Assembly: GCA_015062335.1 (NCBI GenBank)
Contig: SUUU01000001.1
Span: forward strand, 12,312-76,311
Direction: 5' to 3'
Origin: Alphaproteobacteria bacterium
GTDB taxonomy: Bacteria > Pseudomonadota > Alphaproteobacteria > UBA3830
DNA: 64,000 bases
Shown: one piece after another, positions 1 through 10,416 of the stretch
How positions within the stretch are numbered: position 1 is the stretch's first letter
Layout of the letters: each line of letters begins with the position of its first letter
The notes under the pieces: model-generated
Told to the model about the DNA's origin: nothing
What the model saw: the letters and a program-made list of their open reading frames with translations, nothing else
Database searches by the model: none
Program-made: the position numbers and the translations under genes

Positions 1-445
1 GCTCTTTTTTAGATAATTCGATATCGGAATACGTTCCTTCTTTTAACAAAACATCATCTAAAAAATTCGTACCTGATACAACTTGAATATTTTCTTGCGC
101 AAACAAGCATGATACCGCAGATAATAAAGCATTATCCCCTTTAAAAATCATCGGATACCACAACTTTAATAACCAATTAATACCGACACGGTCAAGATCA
201 AGTTCACTTAGCTTAGGTCTTTTAACATGACCCGCAAACACTATTTTGTCTACACGATTTAATTTAAAAAACTCCAAAGCCAAACCGATTTTACCAAAAT
301 TCACGCACAACTTCGGTAACTTTGAGTAATTATCGAAACGATCCGTTCTACCGATTATCAACAAACAAATATCAAAGCCTTTTTTTATACAAGATTCAAT
401 TACAAGTCGCGGATATTTGCCTCCACCGCAAACGATACCTATCAT
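1..445 (-). CDS. lpxI: UDP-2,3-diacylglucosamine pyrophosphatase LpxI (DUF1009), N-terminal part; the gene runs off the window start
   Basis: My own minus-strand translation from the ATG at 445 gives MIGIVCGGGKYPRLVIESCIKKGFDICLLIIGR...KIVFAGHVKRPKLSELDLD...GDNALLSAVSCLFAQENIQVVSG. The GGGxxP N-terminus and GDxALL motif match LpxI as I remember it. Its ATG overlaps the lpxA TGA (ATGA). It sits after lpxD-fabZ-lpxA. It is absent from the ORF track because it is truncated. Confidence 0.75.
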   Translation of the reverse strand, partial: MIGIVCGGGKYPRLVIESCIKKGFDICLLIIGRTDRFDNYSKLPKLCVNFGKIGLALEFFKLNRVDKIVFAGHVKRPKLSELDLDRVGINWLLKLWYPMIFKGDNALLSAVSCLFAQENIQVVSGTNFLDDVLLKEGTYSDIELSKKE

Positions 446-1230
446 TCATTTCCCTTAGTCTGACAAAATGATCTTTTTGACTTTTCATTCATAAAGTTAA
501 AAATTTCTTTAGCATATGGAGAATCCTTCAAAGCTTCTTCGGCTTGCTTTAAATTCTCCATTAATGTCTTACCTCCATGAAAAATCATATCGTAAGCTGC
601 CTGAAGAGCTTTGATTTCTGATCTATCGACTCCTGAACGCAGCAAACCAACAACATTAACATCATAAAGATATCCTCTCTCCCCTTTTACAGCGCCGTAA
701 GGAATGACATCTCTCTCAACTCCGGCCATTCCCCCAATGATTGCATGATGACCTATTCGTACGAATTGATGTACCGCCGAAAGCCCTCCGATGATTACAT
801 GATTTCCTACAGCAACATGCCCGGCCAATGTAGCATTATTTGCCAGAATGGCTCCATCTCCTATGACACAATCGTGAGCAACATGCACACCTATCATAAG
901 CAAATTACCATCCCCGATTACGGTCTTCATATTTCCGCCTTCTGTTCCGGGATGGATAGTCACATACTCGCGAATTACGTTATTTTTTCCTACAACTACA
1001 CAGGACTTTTCACCGTTATACTTCAAATCCTGAGGTGAAAATCCTATTGCAGCAAACGGAAAAACCTTCGTTCCGTTTCCTATTGCTGTACGACCATTGA
1101 TACAAACATGAGAGAATATTTCCACATCATCGCACAACTCCACCTCATCACCTATAACAGAATACGGCCCTATCTTTACATTTTTACCAATTTTCGCTAA
1201 TGGAGAAATAATAGCCGTAGGATGAATCAT
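442..1230 (-). CDS. lpxA: acyl-ACP--UDP-N-acetylglucosamine O-acyltransferase
   Basis: 262 aa. MIHPTAIISPLAKIG start and hexapeptide (left-handed beta-helix) repeats throughout. Sits in the lpxD-fabZ-lpxA order. Confidence 0.93.
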   Translation of the reverse strand: MIHPTAIISPLAKIGKNVKIGPYSVIGDEVELCDDVEIFSHVCINGRTAIGNGTKVFPFAAIGFSPQDLKYNGEKSCVVVGKNNVIREYVTIHPGTEGGNMKTVIGDGNLLMIGVHVAHDCVIGDGAILANNATLAGHVAVGNHVIIGGLSAVHQFVRIGHHAIIGGMAGVERDVIPYGAVKGERGYLYDVNVVGLLRSGVDRSEIKALQAAYDMIFHGGKTLMENLKQAEEALKDSPYAKEIFNFMNEKSKRSFCQTKGNE

Positions 1231-1694
1231 TATTTATTCTTATCCTCCAGCACTATCATAGCCATAAATGAACCCTCAGCAACCAGTACCTCTTCAACAT
1301 AAGCCTCTCCCTTGAAACGCCAGACGTTGCCTCTGCTCTTTTCTTTATAAACTTTTAAGTGTAACGTATCTCCCGGTTCCACCAATTTGCGGAACTTTAC
1401 ACCATCTATCGCCATGAAATAAACCAACCCACCGGATTTTTCCAAATTCATAGTTTTAGAAACGATAACCCCGGCAGTTTGCCCCATAGCTTCGATAATT
1501 AACACTCCAGGCATAATCGGCCTTGCCGGAAAATGGCCCTGAAAAAACGGCTCATTAAATGTTACATTTTTTATACCGACAGCACTTTCTCCGAGCTTTA
1601 ACTCTGTTACTTTGTCTATCAACAACATGGGATATCTGTGAGGTAAACACTCCTGAATTTCGTTAATTCCCAATGTCAATAATTCTTGTGTCAT
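1230..1694 (-). CDS. fabZ: 3-hydroxyacyl-ACP dehydratase FabZ
   Basis: LPHRYPMLLIDKV...FFQGHFP...PIMPGVLIIEAMGQ is the FabZ hot-dog motif. I prefer the ATG at 1694 (GGAG 6 nt upstream) over the ORF-track start at 1706. Confidence 0.93.
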   Translation of the reverse strand: MTQELLTLGINEIQECLPHRYPMLLIDKVTELKLGESAVGIKNVTFNEPFFQGHFPARPIMPGVLIIEAMGQTAGVIVSKTMNLEKSGGLVYFMAIDGVKFRKLVEPGDTLHLKVYKEKSRGNVWRFKGEAYVEEVLVAEGSFMAMIVLEDKNK

Positions 1695-1695
1695 A

Positions 1696-2760
1696 CTATT
1701 CTCCATATTGTTTTTTTCTTTTGGTAACAGACATTTTTAAGAATGCAGCTTGTCTCTTCCATATTCCAGCATCAACTGCAGGAATACCACCCACTATTTT
1801 CCCGGATTCAACGCTGGAAGCTATACCACTTTTTGCTGCCGCGATCGCTCTGTCTCCTATTTCGATATGACCGGCGACTCCCACTTGCCCAGCAAGAACA
1901 ACATCATTCCCTATTGTTGTACTACCGGCAATACCTACTTGCGCGACTAAAATCGATCGCTCACCTATTTTTACATTGTGCGCAATCTGAACCAAATTAT
2001 CAATAATCGTATCATTTCCTATTTCAGTGTCATCTACGCTACCTCGATCTATAGTAGTGTTGGCCCCAATACGAACTCTATCGCCGATAATCACCCTTCC
2101 CAGCTGTTTGACATATACCATTGTTCGTCCCGTAGGAATTATACCAAACCCAGACTCTCCTACCCTAGCTCCAGAATTAATCATCACATTATCGCCGATG
2201 ATACTATGAGAAATTGTCACATTATTACGAATTATCGCATTCGCTCCGATCTTACATGACTTTTCAATCACTGTATGACTACCAATAAAACAATTATCGC
2301 CGATTTCAACGTTATCACCGATAACAACATAATCTCCAATATAACAATTCTGCCCTATTTTTGCAGAGTCACTGATATACGCCGTCTGACAAATATGAGG
2401 TGGAACAACTTCATTTGGGAAAAGCAACGATAAAGCTTGAGCATACCCTATCATAACATTTTTGGCCACCAGTCCGATCACTCCATCCGGAAGATATACA
2501 GCATCTCCTTCCGAAATGATAACCGCGCCTGATTTCGTCTGAACAAAATCAGATCTGTATTTTTTGTTGCCGAAAAATGACAAATCGTGTTCTTTAGCAT
2601 TTTTTAAAGTAGCAACATTTTCGATTTCAAAATCCCCGCTTCCGATTATTTTAAAATCACAAATCGTCGCTAGCTCAGATATTCGCACTTTTTTCAACGG
2701 TCCGAAAAAACGAGAATCAACTCTTTTTTCTTGTAGCGAGGCATTCGACTTCTTCAACAC
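1696..2760 (-). CDS. lpxD: UDP-3-O-acylglucosamine N-acyltransferase
   Basis: 354 aa. N-terminal LpxD domain followed by long hexapeptide repeats (IGDNVxIG...). Conserved position upstream of fabZ. Confidence 0.92.
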   Translation of the reverse strand: MLKKSNASLQEKRVDSRFFGPLKKVRISELATICDFKIIGSGDFEIENVATLKNAKEHDLSFFGNKKYRSDFVQTKSGAVIISEGDAVYLPDGVIGLVAKNVMIGYAQALSLLFPNEVVPPHICQTAYISDSAKIGQNCYIGDYVVIGDNVEIGDNCFIGSHTVIEKSCKIGANAIIRNNVTISHSIIGDNVMINSGARVGESGFGIIPTGRTMVYVKQLGRVIIGDRVRIGANTTIDRGSVDDTEIGNDTIIDNLVQIAHNVKIGERSILVAQVGIAGSTTIGNDVVLAGQVGVAGHIEIGDRAIAAAKSGIASSVESGKIVGGIPAVDAGIWKRQAAFLKMSVTKRKKQYGE

Positions 2761-2771
2761 GGCTTATCTCC

Positions 2772-3308
2772 TTACTCAGCAGAATCTTCTAATTTGACCT
2801 TGATATCTGGCATTTCATTATTCACAGCACACAATACTTCACTGGTAATATTTTGAACATTATCGGTGTAATAAACAAAAACAGTCACAGGTAATACCAT
2901 TTTGACCTTTTTCTTCATTGCTATTTTTGAAATACAGGACTGGACACACTTTTCCAACAGTTTTATTGCATTTTGATACGCTTGTTGGATTTTATATCTC
3001 TTCTTTCTAGTCATGTCATAAAGAATGACCTGCATTTCTTCAAGCTTTCGGGCTTCTTCTTCGTTAGGTGAACGATTTTTCAAATCTTTCTGCTTAATTT
3101 TTTCCTCTAACTTAATCAAATCCTTTTTTTCATTGATATTGATTTGCTCAATCTGCTCTTGAATACTTCGGCCGGCCGAAGATTGCATAAAAATCTCATC
3201 CATATCTATTACAGCCAAACCCGAAGCATCGAAAGAATCCTCACAAGACTCATTGACAGCCCAACTTTCAAAACACACAAAAAGAACCAAACTTCCCAAA
3301 AGCTTCAT
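2772..3308 (-). CDS. skp: OmpH/Skp-like periplasmic chaperone
   Basis: 178 aa. Signal peptide MKLLGSLVLFVCFESWA, then a charged helical body (QEQIEQININEKKDLIKLEEKIKQK). Canonical slot between bamA and lpxD. Confidence 0.7.
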   Translation of the reverse strand: MKLLGSLVLFVCFESWAVNESCEDSFDASGLAVIDMDEIFMQSSAGRSIQEQIEQININEKKDLIKLEEKIKQKDLKNRSPNEEEARKLEEMQVILYDMTRKKRYKIQQAYQNAIKLLEKCVQSCISKIAMKKKVKMVLPVTVFVYYTDNVQNITSEVLCAVNNEMPDIKVKLEDSAE

Positions 3309-5674
3309 TACATCATCCCTGATAAAGTAAATGTCTGTTTTTCATCGAAAGACTTTTTAGTCAAAGCGAACCCGAATATAAATGACATTGGCATACCCAA
3401 CGGACATTTTGCCCACTCTATAGCGACGCCTGCCGAAGATCTAATAGCTTTCGATTCATTGATTTTATTGCGAGGATATTTCGATCCCCAAGCACTACCG
3501 AAATCTAAAAACACCACTCCATTAATCCCCATTTCCTTAGTAGATAAAGGCGCTTTCAACATAAAGCTAGCCGTCCAATATCTCGTACTACCAACGCTAC
3601 TGTCACCTTTAATACGTCTGACTTCTGTTCCATTTTGATCGTATACAATTTCATCCATTATCGCGTTTGTACCTATACCGTAAGAGTCAAACCCTCTCAT
3701 CGTTTGGCCTCCTCCCAAAGTAAATCTGTCACCACTCCTTGTATTTGAAATTTCTTTCAAATGACCCACTTGACCGTTTAGGATGAAAGTAACTTTATTT
3801 GTTATCGGACGATAAAGATTTCCTTCTAAAACATTTCGCCAATACTTAACATTTCCTAATATGCCGGCATAAGCATTGGTTAAAGAAATATCATATCCAT
3901 AACGAGGATCGTAAGGATTATCGACATCAGCATAAGTCAGTACTGATGATAACTCACAAGTAGTGTATTTTCCGTACTCATCCTGCAACATATCCCTATT
4001 TTCGAATTTATAGGTATAATTTCCCACTTTATAGGATTCCGGAAGAGTATCTGTCCATTCTTGAGCTTCTTCATTCCAAAATGTTTTTTTATTAAAAGAT
4101 GCTGAATAACCTACCCTGTGCGATAAATGCTCATTGATCGCATACCTAATATAAGGAGATACAAACAGTGTTTTCGTTGCAGAACGCTCATACTTCTTTC
4201 TCAAAGTGCGTCCTCCTCCGAACTTAATACCAGCCCCCACATATTGATCAAAAAATCTCGGATCAAATATATCAACTTTTGCGCCGTAATAACGTTGCAT
4301 CCACATAATGTCCGCAGCCAACATTCGGCCTGTTCCGAATAAGTTATTTTCAACAACACCGAGGAATCCACCTATACCATCAGAATCACTCATATTAAGA
4401 CCGAATCGAAGCTGAGCGGTGGCGTCTTTTTCTTTAACCTTAACTGTAACCACCCTCTTATCAGGAGCCGATCCTTCCTCTTCGTCCACTTGAACATCTT
4501 CGAAATAATCCATCCCTTTTAAACGATCTACGCTTTTTTGAATTTTATAAACATTTAGTGCATCGCCTTCATGAACAGACAACTCACGACGTATAACCCT
4601 ATCCAATGTTCTCACATTTCCAATAATATCAATACGTTCCACAAACATCTTCTCTTTAGGAATGATAGAATATACTATGTCCGCAGTTTTTTTCACTTTA
4701 TCGTAATCAATATCAACAGATACATCCACAAACGGATGCTCTTTCAGTGAAACTTCTTTACGTACAGAATCTCGAACTTCAAAAATTTTGGTCGCATCAT
4801 AAATTTCGTTGGATTGAATAGTGACAAACTTTTCAAAATCTGAAACTTTCACTTTATCAACTTTTGAAATCAAAGACACTTTCCCTACACTGTACTTTTC
4901 GCCTTCCTCCATGCTGAACGTACAATAATGCGATTTTTTATCATGACTTATCTCAGTGTGAGTACCGGTAATCATAAAAAACGGAAATCCATGACTTTTA
5001 TAAAACTTAGAAATAGCCTGACCATCAACTTCTACCTTATCTTCACGAAAAACATGGCTATCATAATCCCAGAAACGCCACACTTTGTGTTCTTTCATGG
5101 ACATGACTTCTTTCAACTCATCATCAGAAAAAGTCTTATTACCAATGAAAATAATCTTTTTAACCGTTGTTTTCTCCCCCTCATTGATATTAAACACTAC
5201 ATCTACTTTATTTCCTGGATGCTTAATAATCTGAGGTTTTACAACAGGAGCATAATATCCCAGAGCTTTATACATCAGCTGAATATCTGACAAAACATCT
5301 TTGATAATTGACGTGCTATACAATTTCCCGGAACCTAATCGAGAACTGACAGCATGCTTCAACATATCATCAGTGGCGGCATTATTTCCTTCAAAAGCAA
5401 CCTGATCAACCATCGGCTTTTCTTTTACTCTTATCACTAAAGTCTTTTCTTTTTTTAATACCTTGATATCTGAAAAGAATCCTTTTTCATAAAGTTGCCG
5501 AATGGTTTGATTAATATCATCTTGTTTGAAATTCTTTCCCGGCTGAATCGTTACTTCATCTTGAATTGCGGCTTGCTCAACACGATCCAAACCTTCGTAA
5601 TCTATTTTATCAACTACATCTCCGTAAGCTGCTAAGCAAACTCCAAACGAGATCATTCCAACGACAGATTTCAT
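3308..5674 (-). CDS. bamA: outer membrane protein assembly factor BamA (Omp85)
   Basis: 788 aa. Signal peptide, POTRA-like repeats (IxxIxFxGN...), a C-terminal beta-barrel rich in aromatic/Gly alternation, ending ...FTLSGMM. Synteny rseP-bamA-skp. Confidence 0.93.
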   Translation of the reverse strand: MKSVVGMISFGVCLAAYGDVVDKIDYEGLDRVEQAAIQDEVTIQPGKNFKQDDINQTIRQLYEKGFFSDIKVLKKEKTLVIRVKEKPMVDQVAFEGNNAATDDMLKHAVSSRLGSGKLYSTSIIKDVLSDIQLMYKALGYYAPVVKPQIIKHPGNKVDVVFNINEGEKTTVKKIIFIGNKTFSDDELKEVMSMKEHKVWRFWDYDSHVFREDKVEVDGQAISKFYKSHGFPFFMITGTHTEISHDKKSHYCTFSMEEGEKYSVGKVSLISKVDKVKVSDFEKFVTIQSNEIYDATKIFEVRDSVRKEVSLKEHPFVDVSVDIDYDKVKKTADIVYSIIPKEKMFVERIDIIGNVRTLDRVIRRELSVHEGDALNVYKIQKSVDRLKGMDYFEDVQVDEEEGSAPDKRVVTVKVKEKDATAQLRFGLNMSDSDGIGGFLGVVENNLFGTGRMLAADIMWMQRYYGAKVDIFDPRFFDQYVGAGIKFGGGRTLRKKYERSATKTLFVSPYIRYAINEHLSHRVGYSASFNKKTFWNEEAQEWTDTLPESYKVGNYTYKFENRDMLQDEYGKYTTCELSSVLTYADVDNPYDPRYGYDISLTNAYAGILGNVKYWRNVLEGNLYRPITNKVTFILNGQVGHLKEISNTRSGDRFTLGGGQTMRGFDSYGIGTNAIMDEIVYDQNGTEVRRIKGDSSVGSTRYWTASFMLKAPLSTKEMGINGVVFLDFGSAWGSKYPRNKINESKAIRSSAGVAIEWAKCPLGMPMSFIFGFALTKKSFDEKQTFTLSGMM

Positions 5675-5679
5675 AATAA

Positions 5680-6810
5680 TTACCTCATCAAACCAGAAAC
5701 AAACTTACCGATCGATTCTATATTTAAAATGTCGTTAACGGTAGTCACCAGCATTAAAAATATTAACAATACAGCACAGCTAATCATCAAATATTCTTGA
5801 AACTTTTCATTTAATTTTCTTCCAGATATTTGCTCAACGAAATTAATCAAAATCCCACCTCCATCTAAGACCGGTAAAGGAAATAAATTAATAAATCCGA
5901 GATTTAAAGACAACATGACCGTAAACATAACCAACATAGAAAAATCTCCGGATTGAGCCAAACCTCCGGCAACTTTGGTCATTTGAACAATTCCTCCGAA
6001 GTTATCTAAAGAGCTTTTCCCGGAAAACAATCGGCCAAACATCCCGAACATTTCCACTGTAGAATTCCAACATGTTAAAACAGCAACTTTGATCGAATCA
6101 AAAAAACCCTTCCGGACTAATTCGTAATTTCCACGAGCAATCCCAACCTTTTTTACGCTTTTGGTTCCCCATACCTTTTTAACTTCTTCAATTTTCGGAG
6201 TTACATAAATATCTCGAACATCTCCATGTCGTTCTATCGTAAACTTAATAGTTTCATTATCAGAATGTAAAATTCTGACGTTAATATCTCGAAAATTTTC
6301 AATTTTTTGATCGTCGAGAAACAATACCTTATCTCCGGACAACAATCCTGCCTCCGCGGCCGGACTGCTTTCCAGTACATCAGCAATAACCGGAGAATAC
6401 GTCGGTATTCCATAAAACCAACTCATTCCTAATACAACAATGAATGCATATACGTAATTGAAAAGAGGTCCGCAAAAACCTATCCACATTTTTTCCAAGT
6501 TACTCTTCGCACAAAATGATTGAGCTTTCTCTTCAGGAGTCAATTCTTTCATTGTATTTTTATCTTTTGTGGAAGACGAAATATCTCCATCGCCCAACAT
6601 CATGACATACCCACCAACAGGAAAGGCAGACAAACACCAGCGTGTACCTTGTTTGTCAGTAACTCCAAATAACTCAGGCCCCATTCCCAAAGAAAAAGTT
6701 GAAACCTTTACCCCGCAACGACGCGCTGCAAGAAAATGCCCGAATTCATGCACAAAAACGATAACATTAATAATGATAAAAAACGATATAATGTAATAAA
6801 TAAAACTCAT
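5680..6810 (-). CDS. rseP: RIP zinc metalloprotease RseP (site-2 protease)
   Basis: 376 aa. HEFGHFLAA (HExxH) in TM1, a central PDZ-like region, and the LNLGFINLFPLPVLDGG motif. Confidence 0.92.
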   Translation of the reverse strand: MSFIYYIISFFIIINVIVFVHEFGHFLAARRCGVKVSTFSLGMGPELFGVTDKQGTRWCLSAFPVGGYVMMLGDGDISSSTKDKNTMKELTPEEKAQSFCAKSNLEKMWIGFCGPLFNYVYAFIVVLGMSWFYGIPTYSPVIADVLESSPAAEAGLLSGDKVLFLDDQKIENFRDINVRILHSDNETIKFTIERHGDVRDIYVTPKIEEVKKVWGTKSVKKVGIARGNYELVRKGFFDSIKVAVLTCWNSTVEMFGMFGRLFSGKSSLDNFGGIVQMTKVAGGLAQSGDFSMLVMFTVMLSLNLGFINLFPLPVLDGGGILINFVEQISGRKLNEKFQEYLMISCAVLLIFLMLVTTVNDILNIESIGKFVSGLMR

Positions 6811-6819
6811 TGCGCCCCT

Positions 6820-7494
6820 CTACTTAAACACGCAAAATACAGAAAATACGATCGAAACGAGCAATAAACTGTCTAATCGATCACAAATCCCCCCGTGTCC
6901 GGGAAATGTTTTTCCCAGGTCTTTAATTTCCAATTTCCTTTTTAATGCTGACTCCAACAGATCACCTAGAATAGCAGATAAAATCAACAACTGTAATCCC
7001 CAAAAACCGCAATTAAAATCGGAAGGATAAACTGCCCATAAAGTTAAATTACAGCACAAAAATCCACCAATTAAGCCGGCCCACGTTTTATTGGGGCTGA
7101 TCATAGGACATAACTTAGGCCCTTTCAACCACTTACCAAAAAAATACGCCCCTATATCTGTCAAACTTGCGACACAAATCAAAAAAACATTCCCGATTTT
7201 ACCGCAACTATCATGAACATATATGAAAGAATAAATTCCTAAAAAACAAAAAATTAAGGCAAAACATCGAATCATCCAATGACCTGAAATTTTCTGAGAA
7301 AAAATCTCTTTGACGATCATGCAATAGATAATCCAGCATAAAATCCTAAAACTTGTATCATCCAACAACCAGACTAAAACAATCATTGGAATAAAAAGAA
7401 AAGACGAAAAAATTCTCTTCAATAATTCCTTGGAGCAAGATAATTTTCGAAATATTTCTTGGTTGATCAGGTTATCAATAAAGTTATTTACCAT
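6820..7494 (-). CDS. cdsA: phosphatidate cytidylyltransferase
   Basis: Polytopic membrane protein with the C-terminal signature SALKRKLEIKDLGKTFPGHGGICDRLDS. Start is uncertain: ATG at 7494, or the ORF-track start at 7530. Both overlap the uppS end. Confidence 0.88.
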   Translation of the reverse strand: MVNNFIDNLINQEIFRKLSCSKELLKRIFSSFLFIPMIVLVWLLDDTSFRILCWIIYCMIVKEIFSQKISGHWMIRCFALIFCFLGIYSFIYVHDSCGKIGNVFLICVASLTDIGAYFFGKWLKGPKLCPMISPNKTWAGLIGGFLCCNLTLWAVYPSDFNCGFWGLQLLILSAILGDLLESALKRKLEIKDLGKTFPGHGGICDRLDSLLLVSIVFSVFCVFK

Positions 7495-8191
7495 AACGTC
7501 TCTTTCTTTTAGAAAAATTTTCCATAACATATTTTATATCATCCTCTGAAATATCCGGCCAAAATTTATCTAAAAACATAATTTCCGAATAAGCCGTCTG
7601 CCACAATAAAAAATTACTAATCCTTTGCTCGCTGGTTCGTACCAATATATCAGGATACGGAATATCAGGACAATCCAGATACCCTAAAAATGTTGTTTCA
7701 TTAAGATCTTCAATATTTAACTTTCCATCCAACACATCTTTTGCTGCTTTCTGAGCTGATCGCACGATTTCATCTCTACCTGAGTAACTAACGGCTCCAA
7801 CAACGGTAATTTTATCATTATCTCTAGTTCTTTCCTCCAAAGCGCAGATTTTATCTTGTAATTCCGCGGATAATTTACTTAAATCACCGATAACTCGAAC
7901 TTTCACGCCATTATCCATTAAAATTCTGTCGGAATCCTCAAACAGTCGACAAAATAAATCCATAAGATAACCGACTTCGTCTTGAGTACGCTGCCAATTT
8001 TCCATCGAAAAACAAAAAAACGAGGCATATTTCACCCCGTATTTCGGCAGAACCACTGATAACTGCTTTATTACATCATACCCCGCTTTGTGACCAATCA
8101 AAGTAGGCAACCCTCGATTTCTAGCCCACCGTCGATTGCCATCAGGAATAAAAGCAATATGATTAACGATTGCCTCGGAGGTATTCATCAC
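7484..8191 (-). CDS. uppS: isoprenyl transferase / undecaprenyl-diphosphate synthase
   Basis: 235 aa. HIAFIPDGNRRWA and FSMENWQR motifs, RTSEQRISNFLLWQTAYSE. Confidence 0.93.
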   Translation of the reverse strand: MMNTSEAIVNHIAFIPDGNRRWARNRGLPTLIGHKAGYDVIKQLSVVLPKYGVKYASFFCFSMENWQRTQDEVGYLMDLFCRLFEDSDRILMDNGVKVRVIGDLSKLSAELQDKICALEERTRDNDKITVVGAVSYSGRDEIVRSAQKAAKDVLDGKLNIEDLNETTFLGYLDCPDIPYPDILVRTSEQRISNFLLWQTAYSEIMFLDKFWPDISEDDIKYVMENFSKRKRRYGK

Positions 8192-8192
8192 T

Positions 8193-8738
8193 CTAGACTT
8201 TCATAATTTCCTTTTCTTTAAATGCCAGTGTATCGTCTATCTTTTTTACAAATTCATCTGTCATTTTTTGAATACTATCGGAAAGTTTTTTTAGTTCATC
8301 TTCAGTAATTTCTTTATTTTTTTCTTGTCTTTTGGCGTCATCCATTCCTTCTCTACGAACATTACGGATCGCAACTTTACTTTGTTCGGCGTACTTTCCC
8401 GCCAGCTTGCAAATTTCTCTACGCCTTTCCTCACTCAACTCCGGAATCGCTATCCTAATTAACTGGCCATCAACAGTCGGACTCAACCCAGCCGGAGAAT
8501 TCCTAATGGCGACTTCTGTGGGCTTAATTAAAGAAGAATCCCATACTTGAACTGTTAACAATCTCGCCTCAGGAGCGCTGACAGTCCCAACTTGTTGCAA
8601 CGGCACCATATTTCCATATGCTTCAACCATAACATTATCCAAAATTGAAACAGATGCACGTCCCGTTCGTAATCCACTAAAATCTTTCAACAAGCTTTCG
8701 AAACTCGCCGTCATTTTTTTTCTTAATCTCTCTAACAT
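8193..8738 (-). CDS. frr: ribosome recycling factor
   Basis: 181 aa. Typical RRF sequence (LRTGRASVSILDNVMVEAYG...IAIRNVRREGMD). Confidence 0.95.
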   Translation of the reverse strand: MLERLRKKMTASFESLLKDFSGLRTGRASVSILDNVMVEAYGNMVPLQQVGTVSAPEARLLTVQVWDSSLIKPTEVAIRNSPAGLSPTVDGQLIRIAIPELSEERRREICKLAGKYAEQSKVAIRNVRREGMDDAKRQEKNKEITEDELKKLSDSIQKMTDEFVKKIDDTLAFKEKEIMKV

Positions 8739-8750
8739 CGATACTCTCCT

Positions 8751-9464
8751 TTATTCAGAAATTAATGTATATTTTCCTTGACCGTTTAACGCATTTTCCA
8801 AATTTCCTTGTTCCTTTAAAGAAAATACAATAATCGGAATATTGTTGTCTTTCATTAAGTTAACAGCTGTAGAATCCATTATCTTCAAATTTTTTGTTAT
8901 CACATCAAAATAGGACAACTTACCAAAAAATTTTGCATTCGGATTTGTGACTGGATCAGAATCATAAACACCATCTACTTTAGTCGCCTTAAGTAAAACC
9001 TCACAATTCATCTCCAAAGCTCTTAGCGCTGCCGCCGTGTCAGTAGTAAAGTACGGATTGCCAGAACCTGCCGCACATATTACCACCCTCCCCTTTTCCA
9101 GGTGACGAATGGCTCTCCGTTGCAGATATTGTTCACATATGTTAGGCATAGCAAGCGCGGACATAACTCTCGTTTCAATACCGAGTCTCTCCAACGAATT
9201 CTGAAATGCTATTGAATTCATAACAGTAGCTAACATTCCTATGTTATCAGCAACTGCACGATGCATACCATAAGCAGCAGCGGAAACACCTCTAAAGATG
9301 TTTCCGCCACCGATAACTATACAAACCTCAAGACCTGATTCATGGATACTTTTCACTTCCCCAGCAATCCTATCTACAGTCTTAACATCAAGACCATAAT
9401 CGAGATCACCCATAAGAAACTCGCCGGAAACTTTCAATAAGATCCGATGAAAACAACTATCCAT
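8751..9464 (-). CDS. pyrH: UMP kinase
   Basis: 237 aa. ILLKVSGE...[11 protein letters not shown]...[15 protein letters not shown] motifs. Confidence 0.95.
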   Translation of the reverse strand: MDSCFHRILLKVSGEFLMGDLDYGLDVKTVDRIAGEVKSIHESGLEVCIVIGGGNIFRGVSAAAYGMHRAVADNIGMLATVMNSIAFQNSLERLGIETRVMSALAMPNICEQYLQRRAIRHLEKGRVVICAAGSGNPYFTTDTAAALRALEMNCEVLLKATKVDGVYDSDPVTNPNAKFFGKLSYFDVITKNLKIMDSTAVNLMKDNNIPIIVFSLKEQGNLENALNGQGKYTLISE

Positions 9465-9475
9465 AGGATACCTAA

Positions 9476-10399
9476 TTATTGCAATTGAGAAGCCACTTCT
9501 GTTGCAAAATCAACGGATTGCTTCTCGATCCCTTCTCCTAATACAAATTTCACAAAACTCGTAACTTTAATCGAAGTACCCAACTCTTTTTCCGCTGACG
9601 CTATAATATCTTTAACCTTGGATTCTCCATCAATTACATAAACCTGCTCCAACAGAACGACTTCACTGTAAAATTTACTTAAACGACCTTCGACTATCTT
9701 CTCAATAAACTCCTCTTTTTTTCCGGAATTTCTGGCTTGCTCACGTACAACATCTCTCTCTCTGGAAATTAAAGCAGGATCCAAGTCTTCAACACGTACA
9801 GATTTTGGACTTGCTGCAGCGATATGCATCGCAAGCTTCTTTCCTAAATCCTGCAACTTGCTTTTATCCGCATCCGACTCAATTCCAACTAAAATACCGA
9901 TTTTTCCTAATTTATCGGAAATTTTATTATGAACATACGAGGCAATTACCCCACTATTTACCGAAAGATGCTCGACTCGCCTCAAAGACATATTCTCACC
10001 GACCGTTGCTATCAAGTTAGTCAACTCATCAGCAACATTGCGACCCGTTCCCGGATAATCCAGAACCTTCAACTGTTCTAAATCACAAGATTCTTTACAC
10101 GCCAATTCAACAGCCGTTCCGACGAGATTTTGAAATAACTCATTACGCGCAACGAAATCTGTTTCCGCATTTACTTCAAGCACCGTCCCTTTTGTTCCAT
10201 CAACACAAACAGCAACCAAGCCTTCAGCTGCAACACGTCCTGACTTTTTAGCAGCAACAGACAACCCTTTTTTTCTTAACCAATCAATTGCTTGCTCCAT
10301 ATCGCCATCACAGGCTACCAAAGCCTTTTTACAATCCATCATTCCGGCGCCGGTACGATCTCTTAACGCCTTGACCTCGCTTGCTTTAATATCAGCCAT
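9476..10399 (-). CDS. tsf: translation elongation factor Ts
   Basis: 307 aa. [22 protein letters not shown]-like N-terminus and ETDFVARN motif. rpsB-tsf pair. Confidence 0.95.
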   Translation of the reverse strand: MADIKASEVKALRDRTGAGMMDCKKALVACDGDMEQAIDWLRKKGLSVAAKKSGRVAAEGLVAVCVDGTKGTVLEVNAETDFVARNELFQNLVGTAVELACKESCDLEQLKVLDYPGTGRNVADELTNLIATVGENMSLRRVEHLSVNSGVIASYVHNKISDKLGKIGILVGIESDADKSKLQDLGKKLAMHIAAASPKSVRVEDLDPALISRERDVVREQARNSGKKEEFIEKIVEGRLSKFYSEVVLLEQVYVIDGESKVKDIIASAEKELGTSIKVTSFVKFVLGEGIEKQSVDFATEVASQLQ

Positions 10400-10416
10400 A
10401 GTTTTCTCCTTGTAAA

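Noticed and set aside
3144-3638. 164-aa plus-strand ORF spanning the skp/bamA junction. Similar antisense ORFs occur at 4928-5290, 11571-11912, 12575-12904, 28356-28784, 34650-35054, 41499-41849 and 47724-48293.
   Set aside because: All lie antisense to strongly supported conserved genes. They have low-complexity or mirror-composition sequences (for example the Ala-rich mirror of rplL) and no recognisable motifs, which is typical of shadow ORFs.
6480-6488. DnaA-box-like 9-mers: ctatccaca here and ttatccacc at 50003-50011.
   Set aside because: These are single, imperfect boxes inside coding sequences (rseP, cysS), with no clustering or adjacent AT-rich unwinding element. They are not an origin.
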